This document shows positions 32,746-38,725 of a DNA stretch of 38,725 nucleotides, one piece after another. The notes under the pieces were generated by a model. The model saw only the letters and a program-made list of their open reading frames with translations, was not told where the DNA came from and ran no database searches. A program made the position numbers and the translations under genes. The DNA lies in the IMG/VR virus record IMGVR_UViG_3300014955_000002, positions 1 to 38,725 of that record; one strand, 5' to 3'. Origin of the DNA: a virus. Every line of letters begins with the position of its first letter. Position 1 is the stretch's first letter.

Positions 32746-33009
32746 TTACCATGCCTCGTAAAAGGCCTTCCTCATCCGGTACAGCACGCTCTCCGAGACG
32801 GCGTGGTCCAGGCCGATGGCCGTGATGCTCCGCCGGGTGGTCATCACCTCAAAAAGGGCATGGCTGTAAGCGCCTCCGCAGGTGTCGCAGAGACGCTCTA
32901 TCTTTTTCTTCGTCCTGTCGTTAGCGTCCCGGTAGTTCAGGCAGGTGTAGCGGATCAGGCCCTGCTTTTCCTCCGGCATTTTCACCCCCCGCAGCTTCTT
33001 AAAGCCCAT
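32746..33009 (-). CDS. Small sigma-region-4-like HTH protein, putative late-gene activator (RinA/ArpU-like position), 87 aa
   Basis: ATG at 33009 with GGAAGGAGGCGGACCGG upstream. C-terminus ALFEVMTTRRSITAIGLDHAVSESVLYRMRKAFYE is sigma-r4-like. It sits just upstream of terS, as late activators do in Firmicutes phages. Confidence 0.6.
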   Translation of the reverse strand: MGFKKLRGVKMPEEKQGLIRYTCLNYRDANDRTKKKIERLCDTCGGAYSHALFEVMTTRRSITAIGLDHAVSESVLYRMRKAFYEAW

Positions 33010-33790
33010 CCGGTCCGCCTCCTTCCTCCGGGTGCCGGCTGCCGGGCCGTTTCTCCGGCAGGATGTAGCGCACATAGTTCACGCCCTGCAGGGCGTCATA
33101 GCGCTTCTCCCGGACATTGGCCCCCTTGGGCACCCGCAGCTCCCCGCCGGTGGCGGCCAGGGTCTCCGTTACCACCGGCTTTCTCAGGTTCCGGCTGGGA
33201 TAGTACTTCTTCCGATTTTCCCCGCCGATGGCCTGCCGTATCAGGTAGACCGCCAGGGCCGTATAGTCCTCCTGCTGCCGCATGGGCTCTGCATACACGC
33301 TGCCCCTGCCCCAGATCTCGTTCAGCGCCTTCTCGCCGCAGTACCATTGTGCTGCGCGGAAAGACATTTCCCAGCCGGTGATGACGATGTGCAGGTGGTA
33401 GCGCCGGCCCTCCTGGGTCTCCGGATCCTTGTCCGCACACACCATCACCCGCCGAATGGCGTTCTTGTCCGCCCCGGCCTTCTCCATGGCCCGCACCAGC
33501 CGCCGGAGAAAATTCTCCCCGTCCCGGTGGACCTGCTCCGGATCCGTGGGCAGGTGGTCATCATCGTACTTCAGCGTCAAAAAGATGTCCCTGGCGGAAA
33601 AATTGCACACCAGCAGCCGGTTCAGCACCTTGGCCGCCGCCCTGGCGTTCTGATCCCGCCGCTCCGCCGTGGTGGACCCCTTCACCCGGCCCGTCTTCCG
33701 CCGGCGCGTCCCCGGCACCCACACCTTGGACCGTTCCACCATTCTCCCGCTGACGATCTTCCGCACCACCCAGCATCCTCTCCTTTCCAT
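32999..33790 (-). CDS. HUH-superfamily rolling-circle replication initiator (Rep)-like protein, 263 aa
   Basis: Motif 1 IFLTLKYDD, motif 2 (HUH) RYHLHIVITG, and a Tyr-bearing motif 3 EDYTALAVYLIRQ, in the canonical order and spacing of RCR Rep proteins (pC194/phiX-type layout). RBS GGGGGAGGG. Confidence 0.65.
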   Translation of the reverse strand: MERRGCWVVRKIVSGRMVERSKVWVPGTRRRKTGRVKGSTTAERRDQNARAAAKVLNRLLVCNFSARDIFLTLKYDDDHLPTDPEQVHRDGENFLRRLVRAMEKAGADKNAIRRVMVCADKDPETQEGRRYHLHIVITGWEMSFRAAQWYCGEKALNEIWGRGSVYAEPMRQQEDYTALAVYLIRQAIGGENRKKYYPSRNLRKPVVTETLAATGGELRVPKGANVREKRYDALQGVNYVRYILPEKRPGSRHPEEGGGPDGL

Positions 33791-34288
33791 TTCCGCGCCC
33801 TCCCCCGTTTGTCTGTCTCTGTTTGTCTCTCCCTGGCCGGAGCCGCCCCTCTCCGGCCCTTGCCTTACAACATAGTCGCGCCCGCACCCCCGCGAGCCGC
33901 CTTAACATCCGCCACCCGGGCGCCGTTTGCCGTGTACTACGGCGCACTTTCGCGGCGTGGCGGATAACTTATCCTCTTAAAAGTCGAGCACAGAACGCGC
34001 ACGCGCGTCCTTCTCCTTCCGCCGGGATCTCCGGCCTATTAAATAGGTATGGGTCCTCACATCGCGCCCCGGCGCCCCGGGCCGCGATGTCAAAATCCAT
34101 TCTTTTTTTGCATTTTCCTCACTATTCTCCATGGAATCCTGCGCGGTTCTGTCCGACATTGAAAGCCGGATCGTTTCCGCCGGGTTCCTGACATGGGAGC
34201 AGGTGGAACAAATCGAAGAGGAGGCCACCACATGATCTGCAGCTCGCCGCTTCGGCGGCCCGAATTCAAAAAACAGGAGGAACAGACC
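33791..34288. promoter_or_regulatory. About 500-bp non-coding divergent region with nested hairpins and AT-rich palindromes: candidate origin / control region
   Basis: No credible ORF. GTTTGTCT direct repeats at 33808-33830. Nested stem atccgccac...gtggcggat (33906-33914 / 33957-33965) enclosing gcgccgt-N11-acggcgc (33920-33944). Palindromes ggataaCttatcc (33962-33974) and cctattAaatagg (34035-34047). GC hairpin acatcgcg...cgcgatgt (34059-34091). Confidence 0.5.
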
Positions 34289-34570
34289 ATGAACAGCATC
34301 AAGGAGATCACCCCGGTCGACCACTGGGCCAATGCCCAGCCGTCTGAATCCATGCCCATCTACGAAATCGACGGCGCCCTGTACTGCGCCTATAACTGGA
34401 ACGGAGAGGAATGGACCCGTTCCTTCCGCGTCCTCAATCGGTACGATCTGGACGAGGAGCACCCCCGGGAGTACGGCCTCCGCCCGATCTACCGGTACGA
34501 GGTGGAGGATCGTGAGTTTGACGAGGACGACGAAGCCGCCTATGACATCGTCGGCTTCAACATCGACTGA
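34289..34570 (+). CDS. Small strongly acidic protein (93 aa; 23 D/E vs 8 K/R)
   Basis: ATG at 34289 with AACAGGAGGAACAGACC upstream. C-terminus YRYEVEDREFDEDDEAAYDIVGFNID. Opposite strand to the flanking phage genes. Confidence 0.7.
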   Translation: MNSIKEITPVDHWANAQPSESMPIYEIDGALYCAYNWNGEEWTRSFRVLNRYDLDEEHPREYGLRPIYRYEVEDREFDEDDEAAYDIVGFNID

Positions 34571-34587
34571 AAATAGGAGATCCTACC

Positions 34588-35229
34588 ATGAAAAACTATA
34601 AGCAAGAGATCGTCAGCAAGATCATTGAGGAGGCGGAGGGCTGCCGCTTCGTCTCCCTCCACGATGTGGGCACGGCCCTGGGCCACAAGCACATCTCCAC
34701 CCAGGACTGCCGCGACATCATCGCCGCCGTCCTCAAGGCCCTGCCCAACTACCGGGTGGTCAAGATGGTAGACCCCGGCACCCCCGATACCTGCGCCTCC
34801 CTGTGGACCACGGCCACCTTCGTCGAGGATGAGGTGGAATTTGAGGAGCCGGAGGCCGCCCCCAACGCCCCCGATGCCCTCCCCGACAAGCTCTTCTACG
34901 CGCTCTTCGGGGCGGCCCTGGAGACCGCCGACCGAGACGCCTATATCTCCGACTGGACGCTGTCCTCCATCTGGGGCGGCGACTTGGAAGACATCCCCGG
35001 CTGGCGCCCCGCCCTCCTGGCGGAGCTGTGGGAGGCCGCCCACCTCTCCATCCGGGACATCCGGCAGCACACCGGCCTCTCCCAGGCGGCCTTCTCCGTG
35101 CGCTTCTGTATTCCGTTGCGGACGGTTGAGAACTGGGAGGCAGGAGTCCGGCAGTGTCCGGACTATCTCCGGCTCCTGCTGGCCCAGGCCGCCGGCGCCT
35201 ACCGCCGCCCGGCCTCCGATCCCGTTTAA
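34588..35229 (+). CDS. DNA-binding protein with C-terminal XRE/antitoxin-type HTH (213 aa)
   Basis: RBS AATAGGAGATCCTACC. C-terminus IRQHTGLSQAAFSVRFCIPLRTVENWEAGVRQCPDYLRLLL (the IP.RT..NWE.G.R.P signature of MqsA/HigA-like HTH regulators). N-terminal domain unassigned. Confidence 0.75.
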   Translation: MKNYKQEIVSKIIEEAEGCRFVSLHDVGTALGHKHISTQDCRDIIAAVLKALPNYRVVKMVDPGTPDTCASLWTTATFVEDEVEFEEPEAAPNAPDALPDKLFYALFGAALETADRDAYISDWTLSSIWGGDLEDIPGWRPALLAELWEAAHLSIRDIRQHTGLSQAAFSVRFCIPLRTVENWEAGVRQCPDYLRLLLAQAAGAYRRPASDPV

Positions 35230-35238
35230 CGCCTCCCG

Positions 35239-35269
35239 CCCCTCCGGCTTCTGCCGGAGGGACTTTTTT
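35239..35269 (+). terminator. Intrinsic terminator of the plus-strand cassette (convergent with the TerL operon)
   Basis: cccctccggc (35239-35248), loop ttct, gccggaggg (35253-35261), then ac-tttttt. Confidence 0.7.
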
Positions 35270-35552
35270 ATTCCTCCCGGTAGGCCATCACGCTCTGCCG
35301 CTGGCCCGTCAGGTTCCGCTCCCGCTCCCTGAGCACCGCGATCTCCTCGGCGTATCGGGCACACCGTTCCGTCAGCTCCTCGATTTTGTCGGCCCCCAGG
35401 GCGCAAAGATTGCTCACGCCGCCCCGGTGCCGGCTCCGGGAGGCCAGCTCCAGGGCCGCCGCAAGCTCCCTCGTCCCGTGCAGCTTCTCCGCCTCCATTG
35501 CCCTTTGCATCTCCTCCACCCGGGCCGCCACCTGCTCCTGCACTGTCTTCAC
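35268..35552 (-). CDS. Coiled-coil protein with GTGA stop/start overlap on TerL (94 aa)
   Basis: GTG at 35552 overlaps the TerL stop (GTGA). VKTVQEQVAARVEEMQRAMEAEKLH...EEIAVLRERERNL. The track start at 35633 lies inside TerL. Confidence 0.55.
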   Translation of the reverse strand: MKTVQEQVAARVEEMQRAMEAEKLHGTRELAAALELASRSRHRGGVSNLCALGADKIEELTERCARYAEEIAVLRERERNLTGQRQSVMAYREE

Positions 35553-37234
35553 GCCTTTCTCCACCTTTCCTCCAGTAGTTTCCTCGTGGGAGCGTCGGCC
35601 GCCCGCCAATCCTCCCACATGTCCTTTGTCCAATGGCTTCTGTCCGCCGCTTCATCCGCCGCGATGTATCTTTGCTGGGTCCGCACCGTGTGGGCGATGG
35701 CGGCGGCGATCACCAGGTCATCGTGCTCTCCCTCCGCCGCCTGTGGCTTGCGGTTTTCGTCGTACACAAAGGTGATCATCTCCCCCAGGGTCCAGGCGGA
35801 GCGCACCGCCTCCGGGTCCTCCGCCATCACCGTGTGCAGGGTGGCCAGCATCTGTGGCCGGGTCTTCCCGGTGGTCAGCCACCCGTTGGACTTGACCATT
35901 GTATTTTTATAGGTGTCAAACCGCTCCCGCTGATATAGATCCGAATAGCTCCACTCCTCCAGCTTCCGCACCGGGTAGGTGGAGAAGTTGGTCTCCACCG
36001 CCGTCAGGGCGGTGTTATAGTATAGCCCCAGGCAGTAGATCTGCCGTGCGTACTGGATCTCGCTGCCCTGCATCTGCAGCTCCGCCACCTGGTGGCCGTC
36101 CCGGTTGTCCAGGATGTGGGCGGTGCAGCTGTCGCTTCCCTCTCCCGCGGTGTCGCCGCCCAGCACATAGGGCACGCCCCGCTGCGGCAGCTCCCACAGG
36201 CGGATGCCGCCGTCCTCTGCCTCGGTGTAGCGCCATCCCGCCGGCGCCCCGCCGGCCTCCTCCGGCTCCGGACCGGTAAACCGGCCCACGGAAATAGGGG
36301 CAGCCGCCGCGGCCCGCCGGGCGGCCAGATCCTCGTTGTCAAAAAATCCCCTGCCGGACAGCAAAAAGGCCTCGTCCGGCGTGTTGGGGTATTCCTGGCG
36401 GAACATGGCCTCGTCCCCGCCGCAGTTGGTCTTGATGCACCACCGCCGCCACTGCAGCTGCTCCGGGTCCAGGCCGTAGCGCTCCTGCAGCCGCCGCTCC
36501 TCCTCCGTCCACTCCGTCCCCGGCGGCACCGGCTTGCGGTAGCCCTGTTCCAAATACCAGGGCAAAAACACCGGCGTCCAGCCGTTTTCTCCCCGCTGGG
36601 CACCGTCCCACAGGGCCTTGAAATGGTCGTAGCCGTTGGCGGTGGACTCTATCACCACCATGGTGTCTGGCTCGTCCGGTACCGCCTGCATGATGCCCAG
36701 CAGCAGCTCCGCCTTGTTCTTGGGCCAGAAGGCGTACTCGGAGATGTGTACATTGGTCAGCGTATCGCTGCGGCCCACGCCGCCCTTCCCCGCCGTCTGG
36801 CAGCGGATGGAGCTGCGCAGCCCCGGCCGCCGGTGCTTCTCCGCCATGTCCTTGGTGTGATTTTCAAACACCAGCTCCTTGGCGTTTGAATTTTTCCGCA
36901 TGGGCTGCATGGCCGTCGGCAGGCCGTCGAAAAAGAGCTTATTCATCTTAAATAGGTTTTCCGTGGCCGTGGTCTCGTGGGCCACGATCAGGGTCTTTAC
37001 ATGGGGCCGGGTGACGGTATCCTGAAACATCAGCCCCTCCGCCACGGTGGAGATGCCCTCCTGCCGCCCCTTCAGCACGATCAGACGGATGGGCTTTCCC
37101 TCTGCCGCCAGCCGGCGGATGACGCCATACAGGTTTTCTTGGGCGTCATTAAACTTGAGCTTCGCCAGGGTCTGCTGCTTCGTCCGGATCCACAGCAGGT
37201 TCTCGCAATATTCCTTCGGGTTTCTCAGATTCAC
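35549..37234 (-). CDS. terL: Terminase large subunit (561 aa)
   Basis: Walker A-like LKGRQEGIST, Walker B/coupling NVHISEYAFW and VIESTANG. Nuclease acidic residues YVLGGDTAGEG and GEHDDLVIAAAIA. GTG at 37234 with AGGAGG 7 nt upstream (the track TTG at 37252 lies inside the hairpin). Confidence 0.9.
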   Translation of the reverse strand: MNLRNPKEYCENLLWIRTKQQTLAKLKFNDAQENLYGVIRRLAAEGKPIRLIVLKGRQEGISTVAEGLMFQDTVTRPHVKTLIVAHETTATENLFKMNKLFFDGLPTAMQPMRKNSNAKELVFENHTKDMAEKHRRPGLRSSIRCQTAGKGGVGRSDTLTNVHISEYAFWPKNKAELLLGIMQAVPDEPDTMVVIESTANGYDHFKALWDGAQRGENGWTPVFLPWYLEQGYRKPVPPGTEWTEEERRLQERYGLDPEQLQWRRWCIKTNCGGDEAMFRQEYPNTPDEAFLLSGRGFFDNEDLAARRAAAAAPISVGRFTGPEPEEAGGAPAGWRYTEAEDGGIRLWELPQRGVPYVLGGDTAGEGSDSCTAHILDNRDGHQVAELQMQGSEIQYARQIYCLGLYYNTALTAVETNFSTYPVRKLEEWSYSDLYQRERFDTYKNTMVKSNGWLTTGKTRPQMLATLHTVMAEDPEAVRSAWTLGEMITFVYDENRKPQAAEGEHDDLVIAAAIAHTVRTQQRYIAADEAADRSHWTKDMWEDWRAADAPTRKLLEERWRKA

Positions 37235-37250
37235 CTCTCCGCCTCCTCTC

Positions 37251-37283
37251 AAAGCTGCCGCCCGCCCTCCGGGCGGCAGCTTT
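37251..37283 (-). terminator. 13-bp GC-rich hairpin immediately upstream of the TerL RBS (attenuator/terminator-like)
   Basis: aaagctgccgccc (37251-37263), loop gccctcc, gggcggcagcttt (37271-37283). On the minus strand the stem ends in CTTT and runs directly into GAGAGGAGG. Confidence 0.45.
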
Positions 37284-37304
37284 CAAATGAGGGCCGGGGC
37301 CGGC

Positions 37305-37511
37305 TCAGGCCAGCCCCATTTCCTTTCTTTTCTGCATCAGCTGGGCAAAGGCCCTGCCGATCTCCCGGGGCCGTACCGCCGGCCGGCCCTCCAAAAAGTG
37401 CGTACACTTTTCTATTGGCTCCCGCCGCAGCTGCCCCGTCCTGCTGGCGTAGTCGCACAGATGCCCGCCATACACCGCCCGCCACACGCACTTCCCGCAC
37501 CTATTTGCCAT
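37305..37511 (-). CDS. Hypothetical Cys-containing protein (68 aa)
   Basis: ATG at 37511 overlapping the upstream stop (ATGGCAAATAG). MANRCGKCVWRAVYGGHLCDY.... Confidence 0.55.
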   Translation of the reverse strand: MANRCGKCVWRAVYGGHLCDYASRTGQLRREPIEKCTHFLEGRPAVRPREIGRAFAQLMQKRKEMGLA

Positions 37512-37773
37512 TGTCAGCTTCTCCTCCGTCCTTTCTCTCCCCGTAGGAGCAGAAGTCTTCCGGTTTGCGTGGCAATAAGCCGCAGACCGTGCAGATCGTT
37601 CCAAACAAGTGCTTGCAGTCCTTGCAGCGCACCACCGGGGCAACATCAGCGGCGGGGATCTCGTCGAACATCTCCAATGCCTGCTTCAGTCCCGGTTTTC
37701 TCAGATCTTGGCACCACCCTTCAAGATTAGCCAACCTTTTCCGGTATGTCTCCCGCTCAATGTATTCAGCCAT
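37501..37773 (-). CDS. Hypothetical protein (90 aa) with CKDCK...CTVCG...FCSYGERK motifs
   Basis: Its ATG overlaps the Lar-like stop (ATGGCTGA). Track ORF. Confidence 0.65.
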   Translation of the reverse strand: MAEYIERETYRKRLANLEGWCQDLRKPGLKQALEMFDEIPAADVAPVVRCKDCKHLFGTICTVCGLLPRKPEDFCSYGERKDGGEADNGK

Positions 37774-37930
37774 CGTCAGCCCTCCTGTTCCATATCTCGG
37801 CTACCTTTTCCTTGTTGTCCATTATTCGGGTCGCGGCGCAGTGCCTCGTGCATTCCGCCGCCCACCGTCCGCTCAGCTCCTTGTACTGCGCCGGTGCGCC
37901 GCAGAACGGGCAAGGTTTTAGCTCAGCCAT
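37766..37930 (-). CDS. lar: Lar-family restriction-alleviation-like protein (54 aa; below the ORF-track cutoff)
   Basis: MAELKPCPFCGAPAQYKELSGRWAAECTRHCAATRIMDNKEKVAEIWNRRADDG. LKPCPFCG...C..C......A...WNRR is the Lar-family signature. ATGGCTGA overlaps at both ends. Confidence 0.7.
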   Translation of the reverse strand: MAELKPCPFCGAPAQYKELSGRWAAECTRHCAATRIMDNKEKVAEIWNRRADDG

Positions 37931-38435
37931 CCTTCATCGCCTCCAATGCTTTCTCCGCCTCCTCGCGGGTGAGGAAAACTGTCTTGCCGATATCGGCTTG
38001 CTCGAAGATCATCATGTCGGAAAGCGTCGTGTAGACTACATTCGTCTTCCCACTTTCCGACATCCCGACATCAGCTTCATAAAGCGCATCTTCATAGATG
38101 TATCCGTCGTCGATTATATATAACATGCTGGAAATAATCGGCGTAAGTACTGGCTTTACTGGCAGCACCACCAGCCGACCGGCCTTGTCGGCCTCCGCCA
38201 GCTCTCGCAGGCGGTCAATCGGCAAACCGTCAAATTCCTTAATCTCCGAAATTGCCTTGCCCATCATGGACAGTTTGAGTGCCTCTACGCTTTCCGGCTC
38301 CAGTCCCGTGTCTAAATATTCCCGCAGCAACGGGCAGTGTGCCGCCGTAACCGCCGTGCAGAACCCGCCGACCGCAGTACAGTTCCCGTTATCCTCATGC
38401 CTAAAGCGGCAGCGCAGGCAATTAACTTTTTCCAT
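37923..38435 (-). CDS. Hypothetical protein (170 aa) with an N-terminal Cys cluster
   Basis: ATG at 38435 shares its A with the upstream TGA (GTGATGG), with GGAGGTGGAG upstream. MEKVNCLRCRFRHEDNGNCTAVGGFCTAV.... Confidence 0.7.
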   Translation of the reverse strand: MEKVNCLRCRFRHEDNGNCTAVGGFCTAVTAAHCPLLREYLDTGLEPESVEALKLSMMGKAISEIKEFDGLPIDRLRELAEADKAGRLVVLPVKPVLTPIISSMLYIIDDGYIYEDALYEADVGMSESGKTNVVYTTLSDMMIFEQADIGKTVFLTREEAEKALEAMKDG

Positions 38436-38725
38436 CACTCCACCTCCTGCCACTTTCCGTTCTTCACAGTGTACCACACACCGGGTTTCAGGGCTTTCCC
38501 ATCCACAATGCCGGACAAAATGGCGGCGATCTCTCCGTTATCATTGCGTTCTACGCACACAATGGCGTTTCCAATTCCGCCCATTACTCGACCGTAACGC
38601 CCCGTGGCCATAGCTACGCAACCTTTTCCGGTGGCGGATGCTGCGCCACTCTCGCCGGTGGCGGATGCTGCACCACTCGTGCCGGTGGCGGATGCTGCAC
38701 CCCTCCAGCCGGTGGCGGATGCTGC
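38435..38725 (-). CDS. 3' part of the junction-spanning repeat protein (see 1..483)
   Basis: Translation ...AASATGWRGAASATGTSGAASATGESGAASATGKGCVAMATGRYGRVMGGIGNAIVCVERNDNGEIAAILSGIVDGKALKPGVWYTVKNGKWQEVE, stop TGA at 38435-38437. After removing the 75-bp overlap, 483 + 216 nt = 699 nt (232 aa), in frame. Confidence 0.75.
   Translation of the reverse strand, partial: AASATGWRGAASATGTSGAASATGESGAASATGKGCVAMATGRYGRVMGGIGNAIVCVERNDNGEIAAILSGIVDGKALKPGVWYTVKNGKWQEVE
38628..38725. repeat. Coding tandem repeat with a 27-bp period, right part of the same array
   Basis: Same 18-nt core, ccggtggcggatgctgc, repeated from 38628 to the window end. It is continuous with the array at 1-120 once the 75-bp overlap is merged, giving about 5.3 units in total. 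Confidence 0.9.

Noticed and set aside
33957-33965. The 9-mer gtggcggat in the putative origin hairpin also forms the core of the terminal tandem repeat
   Set aside because: A single shared GC-rich 9-mer in a GC-rich genome is compatible with chance, and there is no further similarity around it.
33977-34462. 161-aa minus-strand ORF spanning the non-coding region and antisense to the acidic-protein gene
   Set aside because: It has no RBS and odd composition, and it overlaps a plus-strand gene that has a strong RBS. I treat it as a chance ORF.

Overview
The window appears to be a complete, circularly permuted temperate phage genome of about 38,650 bp. Bases 1-75 are identical to 38651-38725, and a minus-strand gene split by the window ends rejoins in frame across that junction. 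No bacterial flanking DNA is visible. The signals fit a high-GC Gram-positive (Clostridia-like) host: GGAGG ribosome-binding sites, an amidase plus PG-binding endolysin, a large serine integrase, and overlapping stop/start codons between adjacent genes.

Almost all genes are on the minus strand. Read on the circle in the minus direction, the layout is:
- Switch region at 5.43-5.57 kb, with divergent consensus promoters and ACACA-N3-TGTGT operators.
- Cro-like gene, then an early operon of small Cys-rich proteins, an orphan C5-cytosine methyltransferase, the junction repeat protein and a Lar-like anti-restriction ORF.
- TerL plus a coiled-coil protein.
- A counter-oriented two-gene cassette.
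- About 500 bp of structured non-coding DNA.
- An HUH rolling-circle Rep-like gene, then a small sigma-region-4-like putative late activator.
- TerS, portal, scaffold, decoration-like protein and major capsid.
- A podovirus-type adaptor and nozzle, with no tape measure, tube or sheath genes.
- Fibre and receptor-binding genes, then holin and endolysin.
- A 396-aa protein and a 2118-aa giant protein, a second small sigma-r4-like protein, and a strong terminator.
- A 4-gene cassette that ends next to the integrase.

The plus strand carries the lysogeny module (cI-like repressor, membrane-anchored HTH protein, 2-TM protein, serine integrase), a YHYH-TM-KTSC moron, and the acidic-protein/HTH cassette.

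The items I consider most worth follow-up are:
1. An EKMPVLS / MP[IVQ]L[SA] peptide motif repeated at both termini of the giant protein and also present in the extracytoplasmic linker of the moron protein.
2. TerL separated from TerS-portal by an RCR-Rep and origin-like module.
3. The acr-aca-like counter-oriented cassette.
4. The terminator-insulated Cys-rich cassette next to the integrase.

All family assignments come from motifs read by eye. No database search was possible.
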